From Mobilicoccus caccae (GTDB lineage Bacteria; Actinomycetota; Actinomycetes; Actinomycetales; Dermatophilaceae): a stretch of 32,000 bases of DNA. Location of the stretch: positions 817,199-849,198 of the forward strand of contig NZ_BSUO01000001.1 in NCBI RefSeq assembly GCF_030161635.1, given 5' to 3'. The notes under the pieces were generated by a model. The model made no database searches. It worked only from the letters and a program-made list of their open reading frames with translations, and had not been told where the DNA came from. Positions 24,842 to 32,000 of the stretch are shown here, one piece after another (the stretch's first letter is position 1; the number at the start of each line of letters is the position of its first letter). The position numbers and the translations under genes were made by a program.

Positions 24842-24881
24842 TCAGTCGACGTCAGTTGACCTCAGTTGACCTCGGTGACCG
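24842..24881. repeat. Four tandem 10-bp units at the 3' end of the oppF-like gene
   Basis: tcagtcgacg / tcagttgacc / tcagttgacc / tcggtgaccg. The third unit holds the oppF-like stop codon. Units 1 and 2 supply TGA in the other two frames on the minus strand. Confidence 0.7.
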
Positions 24882-26055
24882 AGGCCGGTCCGGTGAAGCT
24901 GCCGGTGACCCCTTGGGGGTTGCCCGGGTTCTGGAACTGCTCGCCTCCGGACGGGTCGACCTCGTGGGGTGCCAGGGTGCCGTCGGCGATGCTCTCGGCC
25001 CAGTGGCAGGCCACTTTGTGCGGTCGTTCGTCGGCAGCGCGACCGGTCGTGTGGATCACCCGGAGTTCGGGACGCTCGGTGTCGCAGCGGCTCTCCTGCC
25101 GCCAGGGGCAGCGGGTGTGGAAGCGGCAGCCGCTCGGCGGGTTGGCCGGGCTCGGCAGGTCGCCGGCGAGGAGGACGCGTCCGCGTCGGTCCTCCACCGT
25201 GGGGTCGGGCACGGGCACGGCCGACATGAGCGCGCGGGTGTAGGGGTGCAGCGGCTCCTCGTACAGCGCGTCGGCGTCGGCCTCCTCGACCAGCGCGCCG
25301 AGGTACATGACGCCCACGACGTCACTGATGTGGCGCACCACCGCGAGGTCGTGGGCGACGACGAGATAGGTGAGACCGAACTGCTCCTGCAGGTCCTCCA
25401 GGAGGTTGACGACCTGCGCCTGGACCGAGACGTCGAGGGCCGAGACCGGCTCGTCGGCGACGATGAGCTTGGGGTCGACCGACAGGGCGCGGGCGATGCC
25501 GATGCGCTGACGCTGGCCACCGGAGAACTCGTGGGGGTACTTCTTGAGTGCGGCGGGCGGGAGGCCGACGGCCTTCAACAGGTCGCGCAGGCGGGTGCCG
25601 GCGGCCTTCTTGTCCTTGACGAGTCCGTGCGCCTGCATGCCCTCGAGCAACAGGGACTCGATCGACTGCCGCGGATCCAGGCTGGAGAGCGGGTCCTGGA
25701 AGACCATCTGCATGTCCTGGCGTCGCCGCCGCAGGGTCTCACCCTTGAGCGAGGCGATGTCCTCGCCGTCGAAGTGCACCGAGCCGGCGGTCAGCTCCTC
25801 CAACTGCAACAGCGCGCGGCCGAACGTCGACTTGCCACATCCGGACTCACCGACGAGCCCGTAGGTCTCGCCCTGACGGATCTGCATGTCGATGCCGTCG
25901 ACCGCGTAGACGTGCCCGACCGTCCGGTCGAAGATGACACCGCGCTTGATGGGGAAGTGGACCTTGAGTCCCTTGACGTCGACCAGGACGTGCTCGTCCG
26001 GGCCGGCCCCGAGATCGCCCGAGGACACCTCACGGTCGGAGGCTGCGGTACTCAT
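24862..26055 (-). CDS. Oligopeptide/dipeptide ABC transporter ATP-binding protein (OppF/DppF-like)
   Basis: Walker [10 protein letters not shown], signature FSGGQRQR, Walker [13 protein letters not shown] and the oligopeptide C-terminal domain ([20 protein letters not shown]). ATG 26055 overlaps the upstream stop (ATGA), with GGAGGAG as RBS. About 45 aa C-terminal extension. Confidence 0.9.
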   Translation of the reverse strand: MSTAASDREVSSGDLGAGPDEHVLVDVKGLKVHFPIKRGVIFDRTVGHVYAVDGIDMQIRQGETYGLVGESGCGKSTFGRALLQLEELTAGSVHFDGEDIASLKGETLRRRRQDMQMVFQDPLSSLDPRQSIESLLLEGMQAHGLVKDKKAAGTRLRDLLKAVGLPPAALKKYPHEFSGGQRQRIGIARALSVDPKLIVADEPVSALDVSVQAQVVNLLEDLQEQFGLTYLVVAHDLAVVRHISDVVGVMYLGALVEEADADALYEEPLHPYTRALMSAVPVPDPTVEDRRGRVLLAGDLPSPANPPSGCRFHTRCPWRQESRCDTERPELRVIHTTGRAADERPHKVACHWAESIADGTLAPHEVDPSGGEQFQNPGNPQGVTGSFTGPASVTEVN

Positions 26056-27140
26056 CGGGTCTCCTCCGGGTTGGGAACGGGATTGTGGCAGCGCAGCGCT
26101 CGCGGTCGGACCGAGCGGCTCGGCTCGTCGACGAGCTCCGGGGTCTGCTCCCGACAGATCTCGATGGGCTGCGAGCACCGCGGCGCGAAGGCGCACGCAT
26201 GCGTCCACGGCAGGTTGTCCGCCACCGACCCGGGCACCGGGTTGAGGCGCTCACCGCGCGGGGCGTCCAGACGGGGGATGGAGGCCAGCAGCCCGTTGGT
26301 GTAGGGGTGGCGGGGAGCCGCGAACAACTCGTGCCGGTCGGCGCGCTCGACGATCCGGCCGCCGTAGAGGACGTTGACGCGGTCGCAGAGACCGGCGACG
26401 ACACCCAGGTCGTGCGTGATCATGATGAGCGCCGTGCCGGTCTCCTCGACGAGTTCGCGCAGCAGCATGAGGATCTGCGCCTGGATCGTCACGTCGAGGG
26501 CGGTGGTCGGTTCGTCGGCGATGAGCAGCCGCGGTTCGCAGGCCAGCGCCATGGCGATGAGCGCGCGCTGGCGCATCCCGCCGGAGAGCTGGTGCGGGTA
26601 CTCCTTGAGCCGCCGGTCGGGGTCAGGGATGCCGACGCGCTTCAGCAGATCGGCCGCCACCGGCCGGGCCTCGGAGCGCTTGAGTCCCCGGTGCCGTTCG
26701 ATGACCTCGGTGACCTGCAGGCCGATCGGCACGACGGGGTTGAGCGAGCTGAGCGGGTCCTGGAAGATCATCGCCACGTCGCTGCCGCGTCGATCGCGCA
26801 TCTGCTTGTCGGACAACGTGAGCAGGTCGGTGCCGTCGAAGTCGACGCGTCCGGTGACCTTGTTGCCGCGGTGGGGGAGCAGCCCCATGATCGCCAGCGA
26901 GGTGACCGACTTGCCGCAGCCGGACTCGCCGACCAGGCCGACGGTCTGGCCGGGCTGCACCTCGAAGGTGACGTGATCGACGGCCGTGAACGACTCCTGC
27001 CCCTGGCGGGTGAACTCCACGGTGAGGTCCTCGACGCGCAGCAGCGGGCCCTCCCCGCGGGCGTGATGACGTCGACCGTCGCCGGCGCCGGCCGCGTCGG
27101 TCGCCGTGGCCGCGGTGCTTCCGCTGGTGGTGCGGGCCAT
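26052..27140 (-). CDS. Oligopeptide/dipeptide ABC transporter ATP-binding protein (OppD/DppD-like)
   Basis: [30 protein letters not shown] and [19 protein letters not shown]. Confidence 0.9.
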   Translation of the reverse strand: MARTTSGSTAATATDAAGAGDGRRHHARGEGPLLRVEDLTVEFTRQGQESFTAVDHVTFEVQPGQTVGLVGESGCGKSVTSLAIMGLLPHRGNKVTGRVDFDGTDLLTLSDKQMRDRRGSDVAMIFQDPLSSLNPVVPIGLQVTEVIERHRGLKRSEARPVAADLLKRVGIPDPDRRLKEYPHQLSGGMRQRALIAMALACEPRLLIADEPTTALDVTIQAQILMLLRELVEETGTALIMITHDLGVVAGLCDRVNVLYGGRIVERADRHELFAAPRHPYTNGLLASIPRLDAPRGERLNPVPGSVADNLPWTHACAFAPRCSQPIEICREQTPELVDEPSRSVRPRALRCHNPVPNPEETR

Positions 27141-27142
27141 GG

Positions 27143-28141
27143 CTATCGCCTCGTCTTCGGGTCGAGTGCCTCACGCAACGACTCGCCCATGAGGGTGAAG
27201 CCGAGCGCGACGACGATGATGCACGCCGCGGGGTAGAACGCGAGATGCGGGAATCCGGCCAGGTACTGCTGGGAGGCGCCGAGCATCTGTCCCCACTCGG
27301 GGAGACGGTCGTCGGGGTTGCCCAGGCCGAGGAAGGAGAGCGCGGCCGCGTCGATGATCGCCACGGCGAGCACGAGGGTGGCCTGCACGATGACCGGGCC
27401 GAGCGCGTTGGGCAGCATGTGCCGGAACACGATCGGCGCCTTCTTGACCCCCAGGGCCCGGGCGGCGAGCACGTGGTCGCTGTACCGCTGGGCGATCATC
27501 GAGCCGCGTAGGAGGCGGGCGAAGATCGGGATCTGCACGATCGCGATGGCGAGGATGACCGTCCACTGGCTGGGGTTGGCGAAGATCGCGGCGATCGAGA
27601 ACGCCATGAGCAGGCTCGGGATCGAGAGCATCACGTCGACGATGCGCATGACGAGGGCGTCGACCCAGCCGCCGAACGCGCCGGCCAGGGTGCCGAGCAC
27701 CAGGCCGCCGAAGAGTCCGCCGAGGGTGGCCAGCACACCGACGATGAGCGTCTGACGGCTGCCCACCATCAGGCGTGAGAGCAGGTCCCGCCCGAACCAG
27801 TCGCCACCGAGGACGTACCCGGGCTGGGGGCCGGGGATGGGGTTGGTCTGCTGCCGGATCTGCGGGTACAGGTCCTGGGCCGTGGGGTCGTGCGGGGCGA
27901 TCCACGGGGAGATGATCGCGAGCACGACGAACGAGAGGGTGATGAAGGCGCCGAAGAGGAACAGCGGGTTGCGGCGCAGGCGACTCCACGCGCTGGCCAG
28001 CAGGCTCACGCCCTCGCCGGAGTCGATACGGCCCGCGTCGGCGACCGCCACCGAGGAGTCGGACCCGCCCGCGGCTGCGGGAGCTCCCCGGGCCGACGAC
28101 GCGGCCAGGGAGTCGATGCGGTCCTTCTTGGAAGAGTTCAT
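27143..28141 (-). CDS. Oligopeptide/dipeptide ABC transporter permease (OppC/DppC-like)
   Basis: N-terminal OppC-type segment RLRRNPLFLFGAFITLSFVVLAI and BPD_transp_1 core. The start overlaps the upstream stop (ATGA). Confidence 0.88.
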   Translation of the reverse strand: MNSSKKDRIDSLAASSARGAPAAAGGSDSSVAVADAGRIDSGEGVSLLASAWSRLRRNPLFLFGAFITLSFVVLAIISPWIAPHDPTAQDLYPQIRQQTNPIPGPQPGYVLGGDWFGRDLLSRLMVGSRQTLIVGVLATLGGLFGGLVLGTLAGAFGGWVDALVMRIVDVMLSIPSLLMAFSIAAIFANPSQWTVILAIAIVQIPIFARLLRGSMIAQRYSDHVLAARALGVKKAPIVFRHMLPNALGPVIVQATLVLAVAIIDAAALSFLGLGNPDDRLPEWGQMLGASQQYLAGFPHLAFYPAACIIVVALGFTLMGESLREALDPKTRR

Positions 28142-29150
28142 CGCGCCGTCCTCACACGCGGGTCGATGACCGCGTACAGCAGGTCGACGACGAGGTTGAC
28201 GAATACGTAGACGGCCGCGGCGGCCATGATGAGCAGTTGGAGCATCGCGTAGTCGCGGAGCTCGAACGACCTGGCCAGCGCGTCGCCGATGCCTGGGAAG
28301 GCGAAGACCTTCTCGGTGAGCACGGCCCCGGCCAGCAACGACCCGACCTGCAGACCGATCGTCGTGACCACCGGGAGCATCGCGTTGCGCAGCACGTGGC
28401 GGTTACGGATGACCGGCAGGGTGAGGCCCTTGGCCTCCGCGGTGCGCACGTAGTCCTCGTCGAGCACGTCGAGCACGCTCGCGCGGGTGATGCGGAAGAT
28501 CACCGCGAACGGGATGGAGGACAACGCGATTCCGGGGAGGATGAGGTGTTTGAACGCGTTCCAGGCGGCGTCCCACTCGCGTGTGAGCAACCCGTCGAGC
28601 ACGAAGAAGCCGGTGATGCGGGTGGCGTCCATCGTGGCCGACTGACGGCCCGAGGCCGGGAGCCAGCCCAGCTCGATCGCGAAGACGTAGCGGAGCAGGA
28701 AGCCGAGGAAGAAGACGGGGACGGCGACGCCGACGAGGGAGAGCAGCACCCCGCCGAGGTCGAGCGGACGACCGCGGTGACGGGCGGCGAGGTATCCGGC
28801 CGGCACGCCGATGAGCACGGCCAGAAGGATGGCGAACAACGACAGCTCGATCGTGGCCGGAAAGCGTTCCACGAGGATCGAGACGACCGAGCGCCCGGGG
28901 AGCACGCCGGTGGAGACACCGAAGTCGCCGGACAGGGCCCGCATGAGGAATCGCCAGTACTGCACCCAGATCGGCTGGTCGAGGCCCAGGGCGGCCTCGA
29001 GCTGCGCTCGGGTCTCGGGGGTGGCCCGCTCGCCGAGCAGCGCGGAGACCGGGCCCCCGGCAGGGATCTCAGCCACGCGAACAACAACAACGAGAGGACG
29101 AGGACGACCAGCACCATCTGGGCCAGGCGTCTGACGATGTACCTCAGCAC
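28138..29150 (-). pseudogene. Oligopeptide/dipeptide ABC transporter permease (OppB/DppB-like), with an apparent 1-nt frameshift after codon about 32
   Basis: The canonical N-terminus MLRYIVRRLAQMVLVVLVLSLLLFAWLRSLPG is in the frame of ORF 28500..29150 (GTG 29150, GGAAGG RBS). The rest (GPVSALLGERATPE.. to the stop) is in the frame of ORF 28138..29076. The two join at the C5 run 29053-29057. Confidence 0.85.
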
Positions 29151-29226
29151 GGGAGGACCTTCCGAGAGTTCACCCGAACGGGTCCGGCCGCGTGGTTCGC
29201 GGCCGGACCCGTCGAGTCGGGGCGGA

Positions 29227-30906
29227 TCAGTTCGAGACGGTGACCTGGTCGAACTTCTCGTCGGTCAGCGGGCTGGGCGTCACACCCTCGACACCCTTGG
29301 CCAGGGCGATGGCGGGCGGGCTGTGGCTGATCGGGATCGCCGGGAGGTACTCCTGCATGATCTTGGCGTTGATGTCCTCGTACTTCTTGGCGCGCTCCGC
29401 CTCGTCGACGGTGCCGTCGGCGTCCTTGAGAGCCGCCGACAGGTCCTTGCCCCAGGGGTACTCGGAGGTCTTGAAGCGGTTCTCGGTGTCGCCGAAGAAC
29501 GTGCCGATGAAGTTGTCGGCGGTGTTGTAGTCGCCGGTCCACCCGAGGAAGAAGGCTCCGGCCTGTCCGGCGTCGACCTGGTCGAGGTAGCCACCGTTCC
29601 AGGGCTTGGTGGTGGGCTGGACCTTGATGCCGACGGCCTCGAGGTCGGTGCGCATCGCCTCGTAGAGACGCTGCGGGGCCGGCATGTACGGACGCGTCAC
29701 CTCGGAGGGGTACCAGAACTTGAGGGTGAAGCCCTCGGCGCCGGCCTCCTTGAGGAGCTGCTTGGCCTTCTCGGGGTCGTACGGCGCGACCTGCAGGCTC
29801 TTGTTGTAGCCGGCGACGGTCTCGGGGATGAACTGCGTCGCGGCCTTGGCGCCCTCGGGCAGCTGGGTCTGGACGATCTGCTCACGGTTGATGGCGTGCT
29901 GGATCGCCTGACGGACCTTGAGGTCCTTGAGCTCGGGGTTGGCCTTGGCGTTGAGGCCCAGGTAGAAGACGTTGAACGCGGGGCGGACCTCGACCTTGTT
30001 GCCCTCGCCCTTCAGCGCCTCCCAGTCGACGGGGTTCGGGAAGTCATACCCCTGGATGCTGCCGGCCTGGAGCTCCTGACGACGGGTGCTCTCGTCGGGG
30101 ATGATGCGGAAGATCAGCTTGGAGAGCTTGGCCTTGGTGCCGTGGTACTCCTCGTTGCGGGCGAGGCTGATGGTGCCGTTGGCCTGGTCGTAGCTTTCGA
30201 ACTTGAGCGGCCCGGTGCCGGTGGGGTGCTTGGTGGCGTACTCGGAGAACACGAAGCCCTCACCCTGCGCCTTGACGTCGTTGGCCTTGTACTGATCCAT
30301 CGCGGTCGGGCTCTGCATCGCGAACGAGGAGAGGCCGAGCAGCGCCGGGAACTTGCTGGTGACCCGGTTGAGCACGATGTCGACGGTCTTGGGGTCCTTG
30401 GCCGTGCACGACTTGTAGAGCGAGTCGGCCTTGCCGTCGGTGAATCCGCCGAAGTTGTCGGTCCAGTACTGCGACACCGCGGCCGTGGCACCGGCACCGG
30501 TCTGGCCGTACATGCGCTCGAAGTTCTTGCAGACGGCCTCGGCGTTGAAGTCGGTCCCGTCGTGGAACTTGACGCCCTCCTTGAGGGTGAAGGTCCAGGT
30601 CAGGCCGTCGTCGCTGGGCTTCCACTCGGTGGCGAGAGCGGGTGCGGGGTCGGCCGTGCCGGGCTTGAAGCCCACGAGGCCCTCGAACATCTGACGGGTG
30701 ACGCGGAACGTCTCGCCGTCGGTGGCGTAGAAGGGGTCGAGCACCTTGGGAGCGCCCGCCGCGCCGAAGGTGAAGGTGCCGCCGCCTCCGCCCTGCGTAC
30801 CACCGCCCCCGGAGGTGTCCTCGCGCTGCGACTGGGCGCACGCGCCGAGGGTGAGGACGAGGATGGAAGAGGCTGCGACTGCGGCCAGCGACCGGATCCG
30901 GCTCAT
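29227..30906 (-). CDS. ABC transporter substrate-binding lipoprotein, family 5 (OppA/DppA-like)
   Basis: Lipobox LTLGAC after a signal sequence, a Gly-rich linker, then the SBP_bac_5 pattern (FTFGAAGAPKVLDPF..TRQMFEGLV..WKPSDDGLTWTFTLKEGVKFHDG). Confidence 0.9.
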   Translation of the reverse strand: MSRIRSLAAVAASSILVLTLGACAQSQREDTSGGGGTQGGGGGTFTFGAAGAPKVLDPFYATDGETFRVTRQMFEGLVGFKPGTADPAPALATEWKPSDDGLTWTFTLKEGVKFHDGTDFNAEAVCKNFERMYGQTGAGATAAVSQYWTDNFGGFTDGKADSLYKSCTAKDPKTVDIVLNRVTSKFPALLGLSSFAMQSPTAMDQYKANDVKAQGEGFVFSEYATKHPTGTGPLKFESYDQANGTISLARNEEYHGTKAKLSKLIFRIIPDESTRRQELQAGSIQGYDFPNPVDWEALKGEGNKVEVRPAFNVFYLGLNAKANPELKDLKVRQAIQHAINREQIVQTQLPEGAKAATQFIPETVAGYNKSLQVAPYDPEKAKQLLKEAGAEGFTLKFWYPSEVTRPYMPAPQRLYEAMRTDLEAVGIKVQPTTKPWNGGYLDQVDAGQAGAFFLGWTGDYNTADNFIGTFFGDTENRFKTSEYPWGKDLSAALKDADGTVDEAERAKKYEDINAKIMQEYLPAIPISHSPPAIALAKGVEGVTPSPLTDEKFDQVTVSN

Positions 30907-31066
30907 GAAGGAACCTTTCTCAGGGGCCGGGCGGGCCCGGCGGTGGACTGTCGCGAACAGTACTTAACGACCGGGTCCACGTCCGGTGATCCGGCTCACA
31001 CGGGCGCGTCGTCACCGAATCGAGACCTGGCCTCAGGCCCTCGCGTCATGCCCATGTGCCCTCACG

Positions 31067-31098
31067 CAGCGACGGCGCCCCGGGGGACGCCGTCGCTG
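31067..31098 (-). terminator. Stem-loop downstream of the CBS-domain gene
   Basis: 11-bp perfect stem cagcgacggcg / cgccgtcgctg, extendable through ccccgggg, 28 nt after the stop at 31126. Confidence 0.5.
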
Positions 31099-31125
31099 AT
31101 CGGATGTCTGGTGTTCAGGTGAGTT

Positions 31126-31553
31126 TCACTGCTGCACATACTCGATGAGTTGATCGCGCTCGTCCTGCAGGAGCGCCATCCGGGCCTTGACCACGTCTCC
31201 GATGCTGACGATGGCCACCAGATCGGTGCCGTCGATGACCGGAACGTGACGGAACCGGTTCTGCGTCATGAGGTCGGCCAGGGCCACGACGGTGTCGCGG
31301 GCCGTGCACGTGCGCACCTCGGAGGTCATGATGTCGGCGACGGTCAGATCGCGGAGTCCTGCGCCGTGCTCGGGCAGCGCCCGCACGACGTCGCGCTCGC
31401 TGACGATCCCGTCGATGCGGATCCCGTCGGTCGAGACCACGACGGCGCCGATGCGGTGCTCGGCCAGCAAGGTCGCCAGCGCGGCGACGGTATCGGTGGG
31501 GGAATCGTGACGACGTCGGAACCCTTGGCCCTGATGATATCGGCGATCAACAT
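31126..31553 (-). pseudogene. CBS-pair domain protein, with an apparent 1-nt frameshift after codon about 18
   Basis: N-terminus MLIADIIRAKGSDVVTIPP is in the frame of ORF 31344..31553. The remainder TDTVAALATLLAEHRIGAVVV...IGDVVKARMALLQDERDQLIEYVQQ is in the frame of ORF 31126..31998. The two join at the G5 run 31498-31502. Confidence 0.8.
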
Positions 31554-31671
31554 GACGACACGTTACCGACAACTGGGGCCCGGAGTCACCGGTGGCTCGT
31601 GTGCATTCTCGTGATTCCCCCTGGAACACAGATGGATCCGGGCACGATCCCACCTTTCGGACTCCGGCATC

Positions 31672-32000
31672 ATGGCGCGGGTGAGGATCGTGCCCGTCGT
31701 CGCCGCCGCCATCGTCGACTCCCTGGAGCGGCCCACGACCGTGCTCGCGGCAAGGCGCACGCGGCCGGAGCACCTCCGCGGACGGTGGGAGTTCCCCGGC
31801 GGCAAGGTCGATTCCGGGGAGAGCCCCGAGCAGGCGCTGCACCGCGAGCTGGCCGAGGAACTGGGTGTGCGGGTCGTCCTCGGTGATCGACTCCCGGGCC
31901 CGTTGCCCGGTGGCGACTGGCAGTTGGTGCCGCCGTACCGCATGGGGGTGTGGCTCGCCCGGATCGTCGAGGGGACGCCGCGACCACTGCAGGATCACGA
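31672..32000 (+). CDS. Nudix hydrolase (MutT-like), 3' end cut by window edge
   Basis: Not in the ORF track because it has no stop in the window. My own translation from ATG 31672 gives [59 protein letters not shown], which contains a perfect Nudix box (GX5EX7REUXEEXGU). Confidence 0.85.
   Translation, partial: MARVRIVPVVAAAIVDSLERPTTVLAARRTRPEHLRGRWEFPGGKVDSGESPEQALHRELAEELGVRVVLGDRLPGPLPGGDWQLVPPYRMGVWLARIVEGTPRPLQDH

Noticed and set aside
22117-26304. 1395-aa ORF on the plus strand, plus similar giants at 28237..31122, 4134..5513, 18759..20072 and 825..1817, and the tail of 927..3287
   Set aside because: They run antisense or out of frame to genes with clear family signatures. Their translations are Arg/Gly/Ala/Pro-rich and low in complexity with no recognisable motifs. 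These are the classic stop-poor shadow ORFs of about 70% GC DNA.
1-32000. CRISPR arrays, rRNA or tRNA genes, prophage or defence-system genes
   Set aside because: No spaced direct-repeat arrays, no rRNA- or tRNA-like structures, and no nuclease, helicase, methylase or toxin-type ORFs were found on either strand.

Overview
High-GC (about 70%) actinobacterial chromosomal segment with roughly 33 genes. In order: the 3' part of an IS3-family element inserted into an aztD-like zinc-chaperone gene; a secreted LIP-family lipase; a metA plus COG0523 zinc-GTPase pair; a 3.0-kb lower-GC IS481-family element carrying an AbrB-type regulator and an ABC-2 exporter as cargo; housekeeping and accessory genes (pdxH-like, TIGR02206 membrane protein, DUF488, VOC half-protein, DUF808, DJ-1/PfpI, D-2-hydroxyacid dehydrogenase); a three-gene operon of two class-I glutamine amidotransferase paralogs (one lacking the catalytic Cys) plus an FAD monooxygenase; alaA; a resident ABC-2 exporter with a DesK-type kinase and LuxR-type regulator; quinol-dependent nitric-oxide reductase; a five-gene Opp/Dpp peptide ABC importer; a CBS-pair protein; and a partial Nudix hydrolase. 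Main findings: (1) the IS481-type transposase has its inverted repeats 3 kb apart, enclosing a regulator-exporter cassette (a transporter-IS), with a 19-bp perfect palindrome over the cargo promoter and ribosome-binding site. (2) Five genes are interrupted by what look like single-base deletions in G/C homopolymers. This points to systematic sequencing error rather than real pseudogenes. (3) The amidotransferase operon pairs an apparently active enzyme with a degenerate paralog. No rRNA, tRNA or CRISPR array was seen. The many long ORFs antisense to real genes are GC-driven shadow ORFs.
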